A stretch of DNA of 42,331 bases from a virus (taxonomy: Duplodnaviria > Caudoviricetes), in the IMG/VR virus record IMGVR_UViG_3300033067_000656, positions 1 to 42,331 of that record; one strand, written 5' to 3'. Below, piece after piece: positions 26,414-35,939 of the stretch (positions are counted from its first letter, which is position 1; the number at the start of each line of letters is the position of its first letter). The notes below the pieces were generated by a model. The model saw only the letters and a list, made by a program, of their open reading frames with translations, did not search any database and was not told where the DNA came from. A program made the translations under genes and the position numbers.

Positions 26414-27396
26414 CAGGCCCCCTCAACCAGCGAGCGGCGCGTCCCCGTGGGGATCTGCCCCTGCACGTTGGCCTGGATGTTGTTCAGCCACTTGGAGCGG
26501 ATCGCCTCCATCTCCGTCTCGAACGTGTCCATGAACTGCCCCGGATCAATCTGGGCTCGCGGAGCGGCCAACGCCGCCGCGTAGTAGCAGATGAGCGGAT
26601 GGAACTGCTCGGGGACGATGGACACCTTGGCAATCTCATAGGTGTCCCCGCTGCCCGGCTCCAGCGGGAAGTCGGGCGTGACCTGGATCAGGCCGTAGCT
26701 CGGGCCGCTGGTCGCCACGAAGCTAGCCACGCGACTTGCCAGACCAGACAAGATGCCCGTCTTCCATCGCACCTGGGCGCCGAGCCATGCGTTGTCGATG
26801 CCCGTCTTTGTGGCCGATCCGGCAAAGTAGGCGGTCGGATCGTAGAACGAGTTTCCTGTCCCCGTCGCATTACCACCCCTTGAGCCATCCCAGATGTCCG
26901 TGGACTGGAACTCAGCCGGGCGCTGGTAGTAGCGAACCGTCACCACATCGTTCGTCAGCGGCGACGGATAAAGCCGGATGCGCGACTTCCCCGGCTTGTA
27001 GGTCACGGTGGCGCTGATCTGTCCGCCCAACTCCACGAAGAAGTGCTGCGCCCCTCGCATGGGCCTGTGGTGCGTGGAGTAGGTCAGGGCGGCGATGTCG
27101 TGCGCCGGGAACTTCTGGTAGTGGACCAGCGGGCCGGATGCGCCGCCGAGGTTTACCGTGGCGCCGATGAGTTCGCGCATGTCGGTCGGGAGGTCGTACT
27201 CCTGCGTCCCGGTGGCAATACCGGAGATGGTCGCCGTCTTCTGGTAACGCTCGCGCTCGATGTTGACGAGAAGGCCAGCCACAACGCTCTGTCCCATGTT
27301 GATGTAATTGATGACGGCGGCCGGGTTCACCTTATCGCCCTGCGGGTCGCCAACCAACTGCATCACCATCGACCGCATTTCCTTCAGGTTCATCAT
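26413..27396 (-). CDS. Head-tail adaptor / tail ring protein paralog 3
   Basis: MNLKEMR...YINMGQ...YDLPTD...RLYPSP...VPEQFHPLICYYAA. Confidence 0.75.
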   Translation of the reverse strand: MMNLKEMRSMVMQLVGDPQGDKVNPAAVINYINMGQSVVAGLLVNIERERYQKTATISGIATGTQEYDLPTDMRELIGATVNLGGASGPLVHYQKFPAHDIAALTYSTHHRPMRGAQHFFVELGGQISATVTYKPGKSRIRLYPSPLTNDVVTVRYYQRPAEFQSTDIWDGSRGGNATGTGNSFYDPTAYFAGSATKTGIDNAWLGAQVRWKTGILSGLASRVASFVATSGPSYGLIQVTPDFPLEPGSGDTYEIAKVSIVPEQFHPLICYYAAALAAPRAQIDPGQFMDTFETEMEAIRSKWLNNIQANVQGQIPTGTRRSLVEGA

Positions 27397-28316
27397 CGCG
27401 CCACCGCCTGCTTGTAGGGGTTCGTGTTACCCCAATTCATGCCCGGCATCGACGGGCTCACGTTCTGCTCCCACTTGTAGCGCATCATCTCAAGCTCCCT
27501 CATGTACTGGCGCTTGTAGATGCCGCTCTGGTTCCCTAGCTTGCGGCTGGCAAGGTCGGCTGCGTACAAGACGACGAGGTGGTGGTACTGCTGCGGGAGA
27601 GGGCACACCTGGTCGAGTTCGTAGGTGGTGTTGACCAAAATCGAGTTCGGGAACGGGTCGGAAGTGAACCCGCCCGTCGCGGGGGTGAACGACAAGATAT
27701 TCCCGCGCATGTGGATGTTGTTCAGGCTGGTGAAGCGCACCTGGGAGTTGAGCCCCCAGAAGTCGAGCCCGCTCCCGTAGAACGGTGCGTTGATGTCGAT
27801 CCACGCCGATACACTACCAGCCGCAGTCGTCACGCTCCCGTTGTAGATCCCGCGCTCGTGCAGTTCGGTGGTCTTCTTGTAGTACCAGACCTCGATGGAT
27901 GTGACACCAAGGCCGTTTGCCGTGGCAGGCGTCGGGTAGATCGTCACCTGTGCCTGCCCCACGTTGTCGTTTCCCGCCTCGGACCAGAAGTGGTACTGAC
28001 CGTAGACGGGGCGGAAGTCCGAGTTGTAGTTGATCGCCTGGAGTTCACCGAGGGCGATCTGGTTGCACACGACGCCGTTGAAGATGACGACCGCGATCTC
28101 GCGCACGTCGTTCGCCACGGTGTAGGTGGCCGTACCGTCGACCGCCGTGATGTAGCGGCGGACGAGCCACTTGTCCTTCTCCACGTCGTAGATCTGCCCC
28201 TCAAAGAAGTTCTGGCCCCAATTGAGGTACTGGACCTTCTCTCCCCACCCGAGGCGACCGTTGCCCGTGTCCCCGATCATGCCGTCGAGGGCGGCCCGCA
28301 TTTCTCGGAGCGTCAC
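27393..28316 (-). CDS. Head-tail adaptor / tail ring protein paralog 2
   Basis: MTLREMR...YLNWGQ...IYPTP...LPQQYHHLVVLYAA. Confidence 0.75.
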   Translation of the reverse strand: MTLREMRAALDGMIGDTGNGRLGWGEKVQYLNWGQNFFEGQIYDVEKDKWLVRRYITAVDGTATYTVANDVREIAVVIFNGVVCNQIALGELQAINYNSDFRPVYGQYHFWSEAGNDNVGQAQVTIYPTPATANGLGVTSIEVWYYKKTTELHERGIYNGSVTTAAGSVSAWIDINAPFYGSGLDFWGLNSQVRFTSLNNIHMRGNILSFTPATGGFTSDPFPNSILVNTTYELDQVCPLPQQYHHLVVLYAADLASRKLGNQSGIYKRQYMRELEMMRYKWEQNVSPSMPGMNWGNTNPYKQAVAR

Positions 28317-29203
28317 CTTTGCCCCTCCATCTCGTTCAGGACACGCCCGCGAATCGGGGTGCCAACGGCATACCGCGCATTGATGGACGACACCGACCGC
28401 TCGAAATGGGCCAGCGCCGACTCGGCGCGTTCAGGAAACTTCTTCAGGAATCCCCGGTAGGTGGCGTAGGCGATCCACGCGGGCATACACTCGGCAGGTA
28501 GCGATGAAATCTCACCCACGTCCACGCTGTTGCCGCTGCCGCTCGTGGCGCCGAGCGATGCCACCGTGAATGTCCCGGTGCCCGTAGCGAACGCCGACAC
28601 CACCTGCTCGACGGACGCGGCGGCGCCGGTCCTCATCCGCAGGTTGCACCCGACGAACCAGGAGTTGGCGTAACCGCCAGCCCCGGATGCGACGACCGAT
28701 GTGGAGCTACCAGCCCCCGTCGTCAGGCCGCCGAAGAACTTGGCCCTCTGCGTCGGTCGGGGCAGGTAGCGCACGACACAGGCGGACACGCCGGGCATCG
28801 AGTAGACGCGCACCGTCTGGTAGTCGACGGTGGCGTAGGCCACTTCCTGGTCCACCGAGCCCGCCCACTTGCCCTTCCTCGCGTTCCAGAACTCCTGGGG
28901 CGAGAGGAGGATGCAGCGCATGGACAGGCTCGACTTCGTGACGTACACCCCGAGAACACGCGACCAGTTGACCGTGGCGTCCGTACCCGACGTGAGCCCT
29001 TCGGCACCTGTAAGGGAGATGCTGCTGGAGTCCACGGCCATGTTGGCGAGTGCCCGGTCGTCCAGTGCATCGTAGGCGGCCTGCTCGCCCATCGTGATCC
29101 ACCGCACGCAGTCGTCGTCCGTGACGAACGCCGACGAGGCGACGGTGCGATAGGGCTCGGCCAAAGCCGACCGGACTTCAGTGATCTCGGTTTGGAGGTT
29201 CAT
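28313..29203 (-). CDS. Head-tail adaptor / tail ring protein paralog 1
   Basis: MNLQTEITEVRSAL...WITMGE...VRYLPRP...LPAECMPAWIAYA. Confidence 0.7.
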   Translation of the reverse strand: MNLQTEITEVRSALAEPYRTVASSAFVTDDDCVRWITMGEQAAYDALDDRALANMAVDSSSISLTGAEGLTSGTDATVNWSRVLGVYVTKSSLSMRCILLSPQEFWNARKGKWAGSVDQEVAYATVDYQTVRVYSMPGVSACVVRYLPRPTQRAKFFGGLTTGAGSSTSVVASGAGGYANSWFVGCNLRMRTGAAASVEQVVSAFATGTGTFTVASLGATSGSGNSVDVGEISSLPAECMPAWIAYATYRGFLKKFPERAESALAHFERSVSSINARYAVGTPIRGRVLNEMEGQR

Positions 29204-29593
29204 CTAGCCGCCAGCATAGATCCAGTGCCCCACCATGAAAAGCTGGTGAGTCCCGGCTCCAGGGTTTGACGTAGTGAACGTGATGACAGGCGAAGCGGCC
29301 GTCCCGTCGGTCTTGAAGATAGGCAGCCCGTATGGAGGAACGGGGTTGAGAACGAAACCGGATTGGCGAAGGATCATGTACATAGTAGCCGCCCCGTCTA
29401 CGCTAATCTGAATGTCCTCCGTAATCCCTCCGCTCCCCTGCGTCGAAGCGACCCAAATCGAGTCGATGATGAACGCGAAGGCGTCGGAAGGAATATCCGT
29501 GCCCCATGTCACCGTGAACGAAAGCGCACCGCTACCAGACGACGACTTCTTTCTGACTACCCTCTTGATCCTCTCGACTTCTTCGTGAAGCAT
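29204..29593 (-). CDS. Putative virion beta-sandwich protein
   Basis: 129 aa in the structural operon; lower-GC codon usage. Confidence 0.55.
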   Translation of the reverse strand: MLHEEVERIKRVVRKKSSSGSGALSFTVTWGTDIPSDAFAFIIDSIWVASTQGSGGITEDIQISVDGAATMYMILRQSGFVLNPVPPYGLPIFKTDGTAASPVITFTTSNPGAGTHQLFMVGHWIYAGG

Positions 29594-29595
29594 GG

Positions 29596-29910
29596 TTACT
29601 GCCCAATCACGATCACATCGAAGGCGCTGGTGATAGTTCCAGCGAATTGCGCGGTCGTTCCGGGGACGTAGAGATAGATCTTCGGAGTGGCCCCTGCCAC
29701 GCCACGGACGAAGATCGCCTGGTTGGCTGGCGGGAGGCCCGACTCCATCGGCTGGAAGATGATGTAGTCGACCTGCTTGAACCCAAACACCGCCGGGTCC
29801 ACATTATCACCACCAGACGTGTACGTCCCAGACCCGGTGATGCGGCAGATGACGGCCTTCCGGTCGCCCCAAACCGTCTGGACTACGTTTGAAGCTGCGT
29901 AAGCTCCCAT
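29596..29910 (-). CDS. Putative virion protein (paralog of 29914..30342)
   Basis: ITGSGTYTSGG.....FGFKQVD...VIG matches its neighbour. Confidence 0.65.
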   Translation of the reverse strand: MGAYAASNVVQTVWGDRKAVICRITGSGTYTSGGDNVDPAVFGFKQVDYIIFQPMESGLPPANQAIFVRGVAGATPKIYLYVPGTTAQFAGTITSAFDVIVIGQ

Positions 29911-29913
29911 GTA

Positions 29914-30342
29914 TCAGTACCCCATCGCCTCAAGGCGAGTAGTGATGGTGGAGAGATTCGTGCCCGTCGTCGCTTCGATCAACGGGCCGGTCTGGATCGT
30001 CTGGTCCGTGGTCGGGCTCATCGTGCCCTCGATCTTCGGGTTCGGGTTGCCACCCGTCCTGACCTGGATGTTCTGCGCCGTGACCGGCGACGACTGCTGG
30101 TAGACCGTGAGTGCGGCCGATTGCATCACCTTGACGTAGCCCGTCGTGTAGTCGTACTCAAACGAATAGCCGCCCTTGGGCTGGATGTGGAGCGAGTCCA
30201 CGCGAGCCAACCCAAGGGCGTCCGCTGAGATCGCCTCCGACGAACCACCGTTGACGTAACTGCCCGAGAAGGTCACGTCAGCGATGACGCTGTACGCGCT
30301 ACCCACGGAGTTCCGCTTCCTGTTTGAGATCGTGGAGGCCAT
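29914..30342 (-). CDS. Putative virion protein
   Basis: VTFSGSYVNGG.....LGLARVD...AMGY. Confidence 0.65.
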   Translation of the reverse strand: MASTISNRKRNSVGSAYSVIADVTFSGSYVNGGSSEAISADALGLARVDSLHIQPKGGYSFEYDYTTGYVKVMQSAALTVYQQSSPVTAQNIQVRTGGNPNPKIEGTMSPTTDQTIQTGPLIEATTGTNLSTITTRLEAMGY

Positions 30343-30348
30343 GTTCTG

Positions 30349-31203
30349 CTACCCCGTGCAGGCCACGAGCGTACCGGAAACCGAACCAACACTGGTGATG
30401 CCGGTGAGATAGGTCGGGTCCATCACCGCAAACGGGAAGTGGTGAACCGTGCTCGTCGTGACCCACTGAACCGCCTGCCCCGCCGCGTCGGAAGCCACAA
30501 GGCCCGCCGACTGGTTGGCACCAGCGGTAGCCGAGTTGCCCTTGTAGTTGATGCGCGAGCAGTGCCCGCCCGTCTGCATCCACCCGAAGTAGCTGACGCC
30601 ACCGTTGTACTGACCGTTGGCTGCCGTCGCCGCCGTGATCGTCCCGTAGCTGACGCCGTGGACCGGCTGACCGCCAGTAAGGCCAGCGGGCAACTTCTTG
30701 ACACGGTAGGGGTGGTAGGCGATGACCGTGGCCGAAGCCAGGGGCGTGCCGAACGCACGCTCCAGGTAGAACGTGACCGAACCCGAAACCGTCGCCGTGT
30801 TGCCGACGATGCGGCGCGTCTGGCCGATACCCGTACCAGCCGTGCAGGACAGGTAGCCGCCGCGATACTGATTCGCCAGCACCGACGCCATCGTAGCCGT
30901 CACGATGGTCGAGTCGGTCAACGACGTAGCCGCCGACGTGCCCGACGCCGAGTTGGTGTACGGGATGATGAGGTCGCCTTCAGCCAGCGCCGTCGTGTCC
31001 GCCAGTTCGACGTACTTGAACGTCTTGCCGTCGTAGGTCGTGAACACCGTGCCCAACTGGAGGGGCGGCGTGGTGCCGCTCGACCCGTCAGACGCGACGT
31101 TCTGGAACTCCGAACTGGACAGGTTCGCTCCGATGACGCGGGGAGGAGCCGAGTTGAAGTCGAAGTTGCCGAGGATCTGAGATCCGCGAGTGTTATACGG
31201 CAT
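30349..31203 (-). CDS. Capsid decoration/cement-like protein with inserted domain
   Basis: LGT...DGKTFKYV...YFGWMQTGG motif right after the MCP; GGAGGTG SD. Confidence 0.65.
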   Translation of the reverse strand: MPYNTRGSQILGNFDFNSAPPRVIGANLSSSEFQNVASDGSSGTTPPLQLGTVFTTYDGKTFKYVELADTTALAEGDLIIPYTNSASGTSAATSLTDSTIVTATMASVLANQYRGGYLSCTAGTGIGQTRRIVGNTATVSGSVTFYLERAFGTPLASATVIAYHPYRVKKLPAGLTGGQPVHGVSYGTITAATAANGQYNGGVSYFGWMQTGGHCSRINYKGNSATAGANQSAGLVASDAAGQAVQWVTTSTVHHFPFAVMDPTYLTGITSVGSVSGTLVACTG

Positions 31204-31219
31204 GTCTAGTTCACCTCCC

Positions 31220-32179
31220 CTACTGCGTGATGCCCGACATCACGACGTTGAAGCGACGATTCTTCCCGACGAGGTTCCCCGTCCAGGTCAGCTTGTTCGT
31301 CTTGAACATCTGGTCGTGCGGCGACATCCAACCCCACAGCTTGAGGTTGTCCATCTTGTGGGAGATGAAATCGAACACGTCCTTGTAGATCATGTACAGG
31401 TAGCCGGTCGGACAGTGCGAGTCGACCTGCATCGCCAACTCCTCGAAGGCGATGTCGCTCGACACGTCCCCGTTTCCGAACCCGCCCGTCGCCTTGCCCG
31501 GCGAGGTGAACCGCTGCATCGGCTGGAGGGTCGCGTAGTACAGGTCGTGGATAGCCTGCGTGGTCAGGATCACGTTCGGGCGGCGCGAGCCCTGCGTGGC
31601 GAGGCCACGGGCCTGACGCAGCTTGAACGTGTTGATCGGCACGCCGGTCATGTCCACGATGATGTTGCGCCACCAGGTATTCGTGGACGCCGAGATGCCA
31701 CCGACCACGATGCTCGTGGTGGTGGACACATGCGCCCCGAGCCCGGTGATGCGGAGAGGGTCGGTGCCGTCATGGTAGAGGTCGCGGCCCAACTGCTGGC
31801 GCATCGACTCCTCCATGATGTTCATGCGCGTCTCCAGAGCGGAGCCGAGCTTTGCCGCACCGTTGTTCTTCAGTTCTTCGAGCCACGCGATGGCAGCGCC
31901 AGCGTAGTACTGCTTCCAGGTGTACTGGTACTGCGTCACGATGTCAGCGATGGAGAGGTCGAGCGGCGTGGTGCCCGAGTACGGACCCGAGGGGCCTTCG
32001 CCGTAGACGACGCCGCCCGTCAGGAACGTACCGCCATCCTCCTTGGACCCGGAGGTGTACATCTCCTGAAAGGCCGTGTTCGTGCCGAAGATCTGCTCCT
32101 GCACGCCGGGAAGCCAGTTACGCTCGGTGAGCGTATTGATGGTATCCCAATTGATTGTGGTGCTATACGGTCCCGCCAT
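31220..32179 (-). CDS. Major capsid protein (HK97 fold)
   Basis: 319 aa after the scaffold; WKQYYAG...LY.DGT...GL...VGGIS...WWRN...PNVILTT; AAGGAGG SD. Confidence 0.85.
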   Translation of the reverse strand: MAGPYSTTINWDTINTLTERNWLPGVQEQIFGTNTAFQEMYTSGSKEDGGTFLTGGVVYGEGPSGPYSGTTPLDLSIADIVTQYQYTWKQYYAGAAIAWLEELKNNGAAKLGSALETRMNIMEESMRQQLGRDLYHDGTDPLRITGLGAHVSTTTSIVVGGISASTNTWWRNIIVDMTGVPINTFKLRQARGLATQGSRRPNVILTTQAIHDLYYATLQPMQRFTSPGKATGGFGNGDVSSDIAFEELAMQVDSHCPTGYLYMIYKDVFDFISHKMDNLKLWGWMSPHDQMFKTNKLTWTGNLVGKNRRFNVVMSGITQ

Positions 32180-32200
32180 TTCTGGGGGCCTCCTTGTAGG

Positions 32201-33004
32201 TTAGGTTCCGGCCTGCCGGATGATGTCCGCGAAGGACATCCTCGCCGGTTTGCCGTTCTGTTCAGGCTTGGCCTGGGCCGGGACGATGATGGTGCGCCGA
32301 CCCTTCTCGGCTGCCTTGTCGAGTCCCACCTTCTCTGCCTTCTTGATCCCTTCCGTGGCGACGTGACGCAGAACGGCGACCTCGTAGTCGCGGAAGTCGA
32401 ACTTGGGACCGAGCGCCTTGATGCCCTCGGCTTCGATCTTGTCCAGCACGGCGTCATCCACGATGCCGGAGAACTTGGCCTTGTTCTCGGCGCGGAACGT
32501 GTCGCGCTGCGCCATGACCTTGCTGCGCTCCTGCTCAATGAGCATCGGCTCGACGACCTTGAGCAGCTTGTCCACGCGGGGGTCGGTGATCTTGGATGTG
32601 TCGAGCTTTCCGCCGTCGGGCTTCAACTCCGCAGGAGGGTTCGCCTCCAACTCCTCGATCAACCGCTGGACCTTGGCGCGGAACTCGGGCGCAACATCCA
32701 TGAGTGCGGTCAACGTGCGGGCTGCTTCCAGCCCTTCCTCTCGCGTCTGAAGGTCCGCGATGAGGGCCTGAGTCTCCTCACGCTTGTCTCGCGCTTCCTT
32801 CATCTCGCGGATTTCGTCCAGCGTGAACTCTCCCACGCCGGGTATCTCGAACGCCTCGACCTTCTCCTCGCCCTCTTTCTCGGGCTCGGGGTCGGGCGTG
32901 GTTTCCTCGGTCGTCTCTTCGGTGGCCGGTTCGGCGTCGGGGGTCTTCTCCTCGACGATGATGTCGGCCATGTTCTCAGAGATCATGTTGCTGAAATCAC
33001 TCAC
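32201..33004 (-). CDS. Capsid scaffolding protein
   Basis: Acidic N-terminus, helical, directly upstream of the MCP. Confidence 0.75.
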   Translation of the reverse strand: MSDFSNMISENMADIIVEEKTPDAEPATEETTEETTPDPEPEKEGEEKVEAFEIPGVGEFTLDEIREMKEARDKREETQALIADLQTREEGLEAARTLTALMDVAPEFRAKVQRLIEELEANPPAELKPDGGKLDTSKITDPRVDKLLKVVEPMLIEQERSKVMAQRDTFRAENKAKFSGIVDDAVLDKIEAEGIKALGPKFDFRDYEVAVLRHVATEGIKKAEKVGLDKAAEKGRRTIIVPAQAKPEQNGKPARMSFADIIRQAGT

Positions 33005-33198
33005 AGCGAGCCTCCAGGGTTTCGGTCCAACAACTGCCGCGCCGCAAATAGCCTGCGGCGGTACTCTTCTTCGTCAAAGCCCGTGTTCTGCGTGGGCTGG
33101 TAGGGCTGGAACTGCGCGAACTGCTGCGGCTGTTGCTTCTTCCTTGCCCCAAGAAGCGCCGAGCCAAGGCTGATCGCCATTGGAATCCAGAACGCCAT
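33001..33198 (-). CDS. Small virion-associated protein
   Basis: 65 aa, hydrophobic N-terminus AISLGSALLG, Gln-rich. Confidence 0.55.
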   Translation of the reverse strand: MAFWIPMAISLGSALLGARKKQQPQQFAQFQPYQPTQNTGFDEEEYRRRLFAARQLLDRNPGGSL

Positions 33199-33199
33199 G

Positions 33200-33343
33200 C
33201 TACTTCGCTCGCTTCCGCATGATGGGCTTGCGCTTGACCAGCGTGCGCTTCATGTTGGCCGACGACTTGGCCTGCATGAACGACGCCTTGTTTCCGCCAC
33301 CCTTGCGCCCGTGCATCATCGCCATTCCGAGACTCATCTTCAT
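33200..33343 (-). CDS. Small very basic Met/Lys-rich protein (47 aa)
   Basis: MKMSLGMAMMHGRKGGGNKASFMQAKSSANMKRTLVKRKPIMRKRAK; ATGA overlap; no acidic residues; not in the track. Confidence 0.6.
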   Translation of the reverse strand: MKMSLGMAMMHGRKGGGNKASFMQAKSSANMKRTLVKRKPIMRKRAK

Positions 33344-33621
33344 GGCTTCCTCTTGATCTTGCCGATCTTCTTCATCGTGGGGAAGTCAGGATTCTCCATT
33401 TTCATCTTCATGCCGGTCCTTGTCGCCTCGGCAGAGTCCAGGGCTCGCGTCATCCTTTTCTCCATGATGACGCCAGCGGCTACGTCGTCTCGCATCCCCG
33501 CTCCACTACGCCTGTCGACGTATGGGCCTTGAGACGCCAGCTCGTCAGCCAGCTTCAACTCCCCAACGCTACTGCTGCCGCGCTTCAGCTTCTTCGTCAT
33601 CATCGCCGCGCCGAGCTTCAT
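33340..33621 (-). CDS. Small basic protein
   Basis: 93 aa, ATGA overlap with the portal stop. Confidence 0.65.
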   Translation of the reverse strand: MKLGAAMMTKKLKRGSSSVGELKLADELASQGPYVDRRSGAGMRDDVAAGVIMEKRMTRALDSAEATRTGMKMKMENPDFPTMKKIGKIKRKP

Positions 33622-35525
33622 CCCTGGTATACCCCCTCGCCGCCCGGTCCTGATTGGACGGGGGCTCCGCTTGCGTCGACGGGACCGGACGGGGCGCCCG
33701 GCCCTGGAGGCCCACCGCCAGGCGGACCACCGGGCGCCCCACCGGCCGAAGCCTTCGCCTGCTCGATAGCCAGCATCATGCGATGCTGCTGCTCCTCCTG
33801 CATCCGCATCCGCTTCAGCGCACGTTGGGCGAGCGGGAGGCGGATCTCTTCAAGCGCCGTCTGCCGGTCGATCAACTGGACCTTGACCATCTCCATCGCC
33901 AGCTTGACCCGTGCTTCACGGTTCAGCGGCACCGAGGAACCGATGACTACCTTGACGCCCCACCCCTTGCGGATCATCTCGGCCGTCATCACGCCCGTCT
34001 TCGTCTTCCCGGTGAGCGGGTCCGTCATCACCACCTTGCGGTCTTCCTCGTTGTACTGCTGGAGGAGCGCCAGCCACATCTGGGCCAGCCGCTTCATCGT
34101 CTGATCCATGTTGCCGATCATAAACGCCGTCGTCACGTTGACCGTGTTGAGCAACGTCTCGATGGCGACACCGGACATCTGCCTCTGCTGAACGCCCTGC
34201 GCCACGGCGGGCACGTTGCTGATCCGCTCCATGCTCCCCTGAAGGAGCCCGAAGATGTCCGCGATGTACTGCGGCAGCGATGGGGGCTGGAGGCGCTGGA
34301 AGTCTGAGAGTTCCGTCACGGGGATGCCAAGGCCCGGCTCGGCGGTGATCTTCTTCGGGTCGAGCCCCGACTTCTTCGTGTAGAGGAACTGCGCGTTGCC
34401 CGCCAGATTGCGGTTGTCGATGAGGTGCGAGAGCGTCTTGTTCACCTCGTCCTGCGGAGAGATGAGATCCTGCACGACGCCCTTCGACCAGAAGCGGCCG
34501 GGCACCCTGTAGCAGTGCTGCTCAACGAACGGGAAGCGCCCGTGCGTGTACGGGTTCTTCTCGTCCAGAATGATTCGGTTGTCCGCGACGACGATGTGGC
34601 GGCCACCGGGATAGAGGAGGTGCTGCGAGTACTGCTCGTCGCCCGATTCGAGGTCGCGCTCCTTGACGTGCAACGTCGACAGGTCGCGCACCCAGAACTC
34701 CAACACCTGGATCTGATCCTTCGACGGGTCGGGCATCCCGCCCGGCGTCTTCATGTACTCGACCGCCTGCGTGCGGTCGGCCTGCCCCGCCGTGTCGACG
34801 CGGTAGGCGTACTGCGGGATCTGCCGCGCACCGGGGGCGTCCTGCGTCGTGTCGGTGAGGTACTGGTCCTGGTTCTTAATCATGGACGCACCGACCCCGA
34901 CCTTCGTCGCCGCCTCCGGGTATTCGAGCAGGAGTTCCGGCAGGGTCATCTTGCGCTCGAAGATGACGTAGCGGGCGTCGAGCAACGACTTGGCGCCCGG
35001 CGCCACGCGGAAGTCGTGCGGGACGTGAGCCGAAACCTTGACTTCCTTCTCGAAGTCGCACCAGCGGATGTAGTAGAACGAGTTTCCGAACGTGAAGGCT
35101 GCCTTGTCGGCGTCGGCCTTCTTCTCGTCCATCTCCTCGCGTTCCCACTCCTCGTCGAAAAGCTGCTGCATGTGGTCGGCGTAGTCGTCCAGATCGTCTT
35201 CCTCGGGCTGGAACTCGGGGCGCGGGCGCTGCTGATTCGTCAGGGCCAGCAACGTCTCGACCTTCGACTGGATCTCGTTCGCCACGATGTCGGCTTTCCA
35301 GTCGGGCATGGGCTCAAGCTGCTTGCCCATCATGTACTCGAAACAGGTCTGCCACGGGGCGGTCTGCGTGTCGCGGATCTTCTGCGCGTCATCGAGCAGA
35401 CCGAACAGGTGGGCGAGCAGGTATCGCTCGGGTTCAGGGACGTTCCGGTCGATGGGCTTGCCATTGACGCCCCTGTCACCGAACCGCCCCCGGAAGGCGT
35501 TGCTCAAGAAATCGACTACGCTCAC
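33618..35525 (-). CDS. Portal protein (podovirus type)
   Basis: 635 aa after the terminase; N.IQSKV...RPRP...DFRVAPGA...FPFV...GVVQDLISPQDEVNK. Confidence 0.9.
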   Translation of the reverse strand: MSVVDFLSNAFRGRFGDRGVNGKPIDRNVPEPERYLLAHLFGLLDDAQKIRDTQTAPWQTCFEYMMGKQLEPMPDWKADIVANEIQSKVETLLALTNQQRPRPEFQPEEDDLDDYADHMQQLFDEEWEREEMDEKKADADKAAFTFGNSFYYIRWCDFEKEVKVSAHVPHDFRVAPGAKSLLDARYVIFERKMTLPELLLEYPEAATKVGVGASMIKNQDQYLTDTTQDAPGARQIPQYAYRVDTAGQADRTQAVEYMKTPGGMPDPSKDQIQVLEFWVRDLSTLHVKERDLESGDEQYSQHLLYPGGRHIVVADNRIILDEKNPYTHGRFPFVEQHCYRVPGRFWSKGVVQDLISPQDEVNKTLSHLIDNRNLAGNAQFLYTKKSGLDPKKITAEPGLGIPVTELSDFQRLQPPSLPQYIADIFGLLQGSMERISNVPAVAQGVQQRQMSGVAIETLLNTVNVTTAFMIGNMDQTMKRLAQMWLALLQQYNEEDRKVVMTDPLTGKTKTGVMTAEMIRKGWGVKVVIGSSVPLNREARVKLAMEMVKVQLIDRQTALEEIRLPLAQRALKRMRMQEEQQHRMMLAIEQAKASAGGAPGGPPGGGPPGPGAPSGPVDASGAPVQSGPGGEGVYQG

Positions 35526-35932
35526 AGTGGCTTCCTGTCGAACTCGCGCTCAATGCTTTCCCCGGACGCCCCGAGGACTTCCTTCGTGATCGTCTTGCAG
35601 AACTCGCGGGTCGCCTTCTTCCGCTTCGTGATCGCCTCGGCCTGTTGCCTCTCGTTCAGCTTGCGGAGCGCGTCGATGTCGTTGCCGATCTCGATACGGT
35701 TCTGCTCCTTGGCCCATCGGGCGCGGGCAGCCGGGCCGCCGAACGTGATGCGGCCCGGCCCCTGTTGACCGCCGTTGCGGTCGTTGGCATATACCGTGGG
35801 CCGCGCAGGCAGACTCACGGCCAACCGAGCCCTCTTGTGGCATTGAGGGCATCTGACGGGGTTCTGGCGTTCCGCCACCCTGCGCTCCCGTTCAGTCCTG
35901 TGTCCGCTGGAACACTCGTACTCGTAGATCAT
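35522..35932 (-). CDS. FmdB-family zinc-ribbon protein
   Basis: MIYEYECSSGH...CPQC...RLAVS; such genes are common between terminase and portal. Confidence 0.75.
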   Translation of the reverse strand: MIYEYECSSGHRTERERRVAERQNPVRCPQCHKRARLAVSLPARPTVYANDRNGGQQGPGRITFGGPAARARWAKEQNRIEIGNDIDALRKLNERQQAEAITKRKKATREFCKTITKEVLGASGESIEREFDRKPL

Positions 35933-35939
35933 GCGCCCC

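Noticed and set aside
31206-31673. Frameshift extension of the major capsid protein
   Set aside because: The alternative frame ends only 14 nt past the MCP stop and no slippery site is evident.
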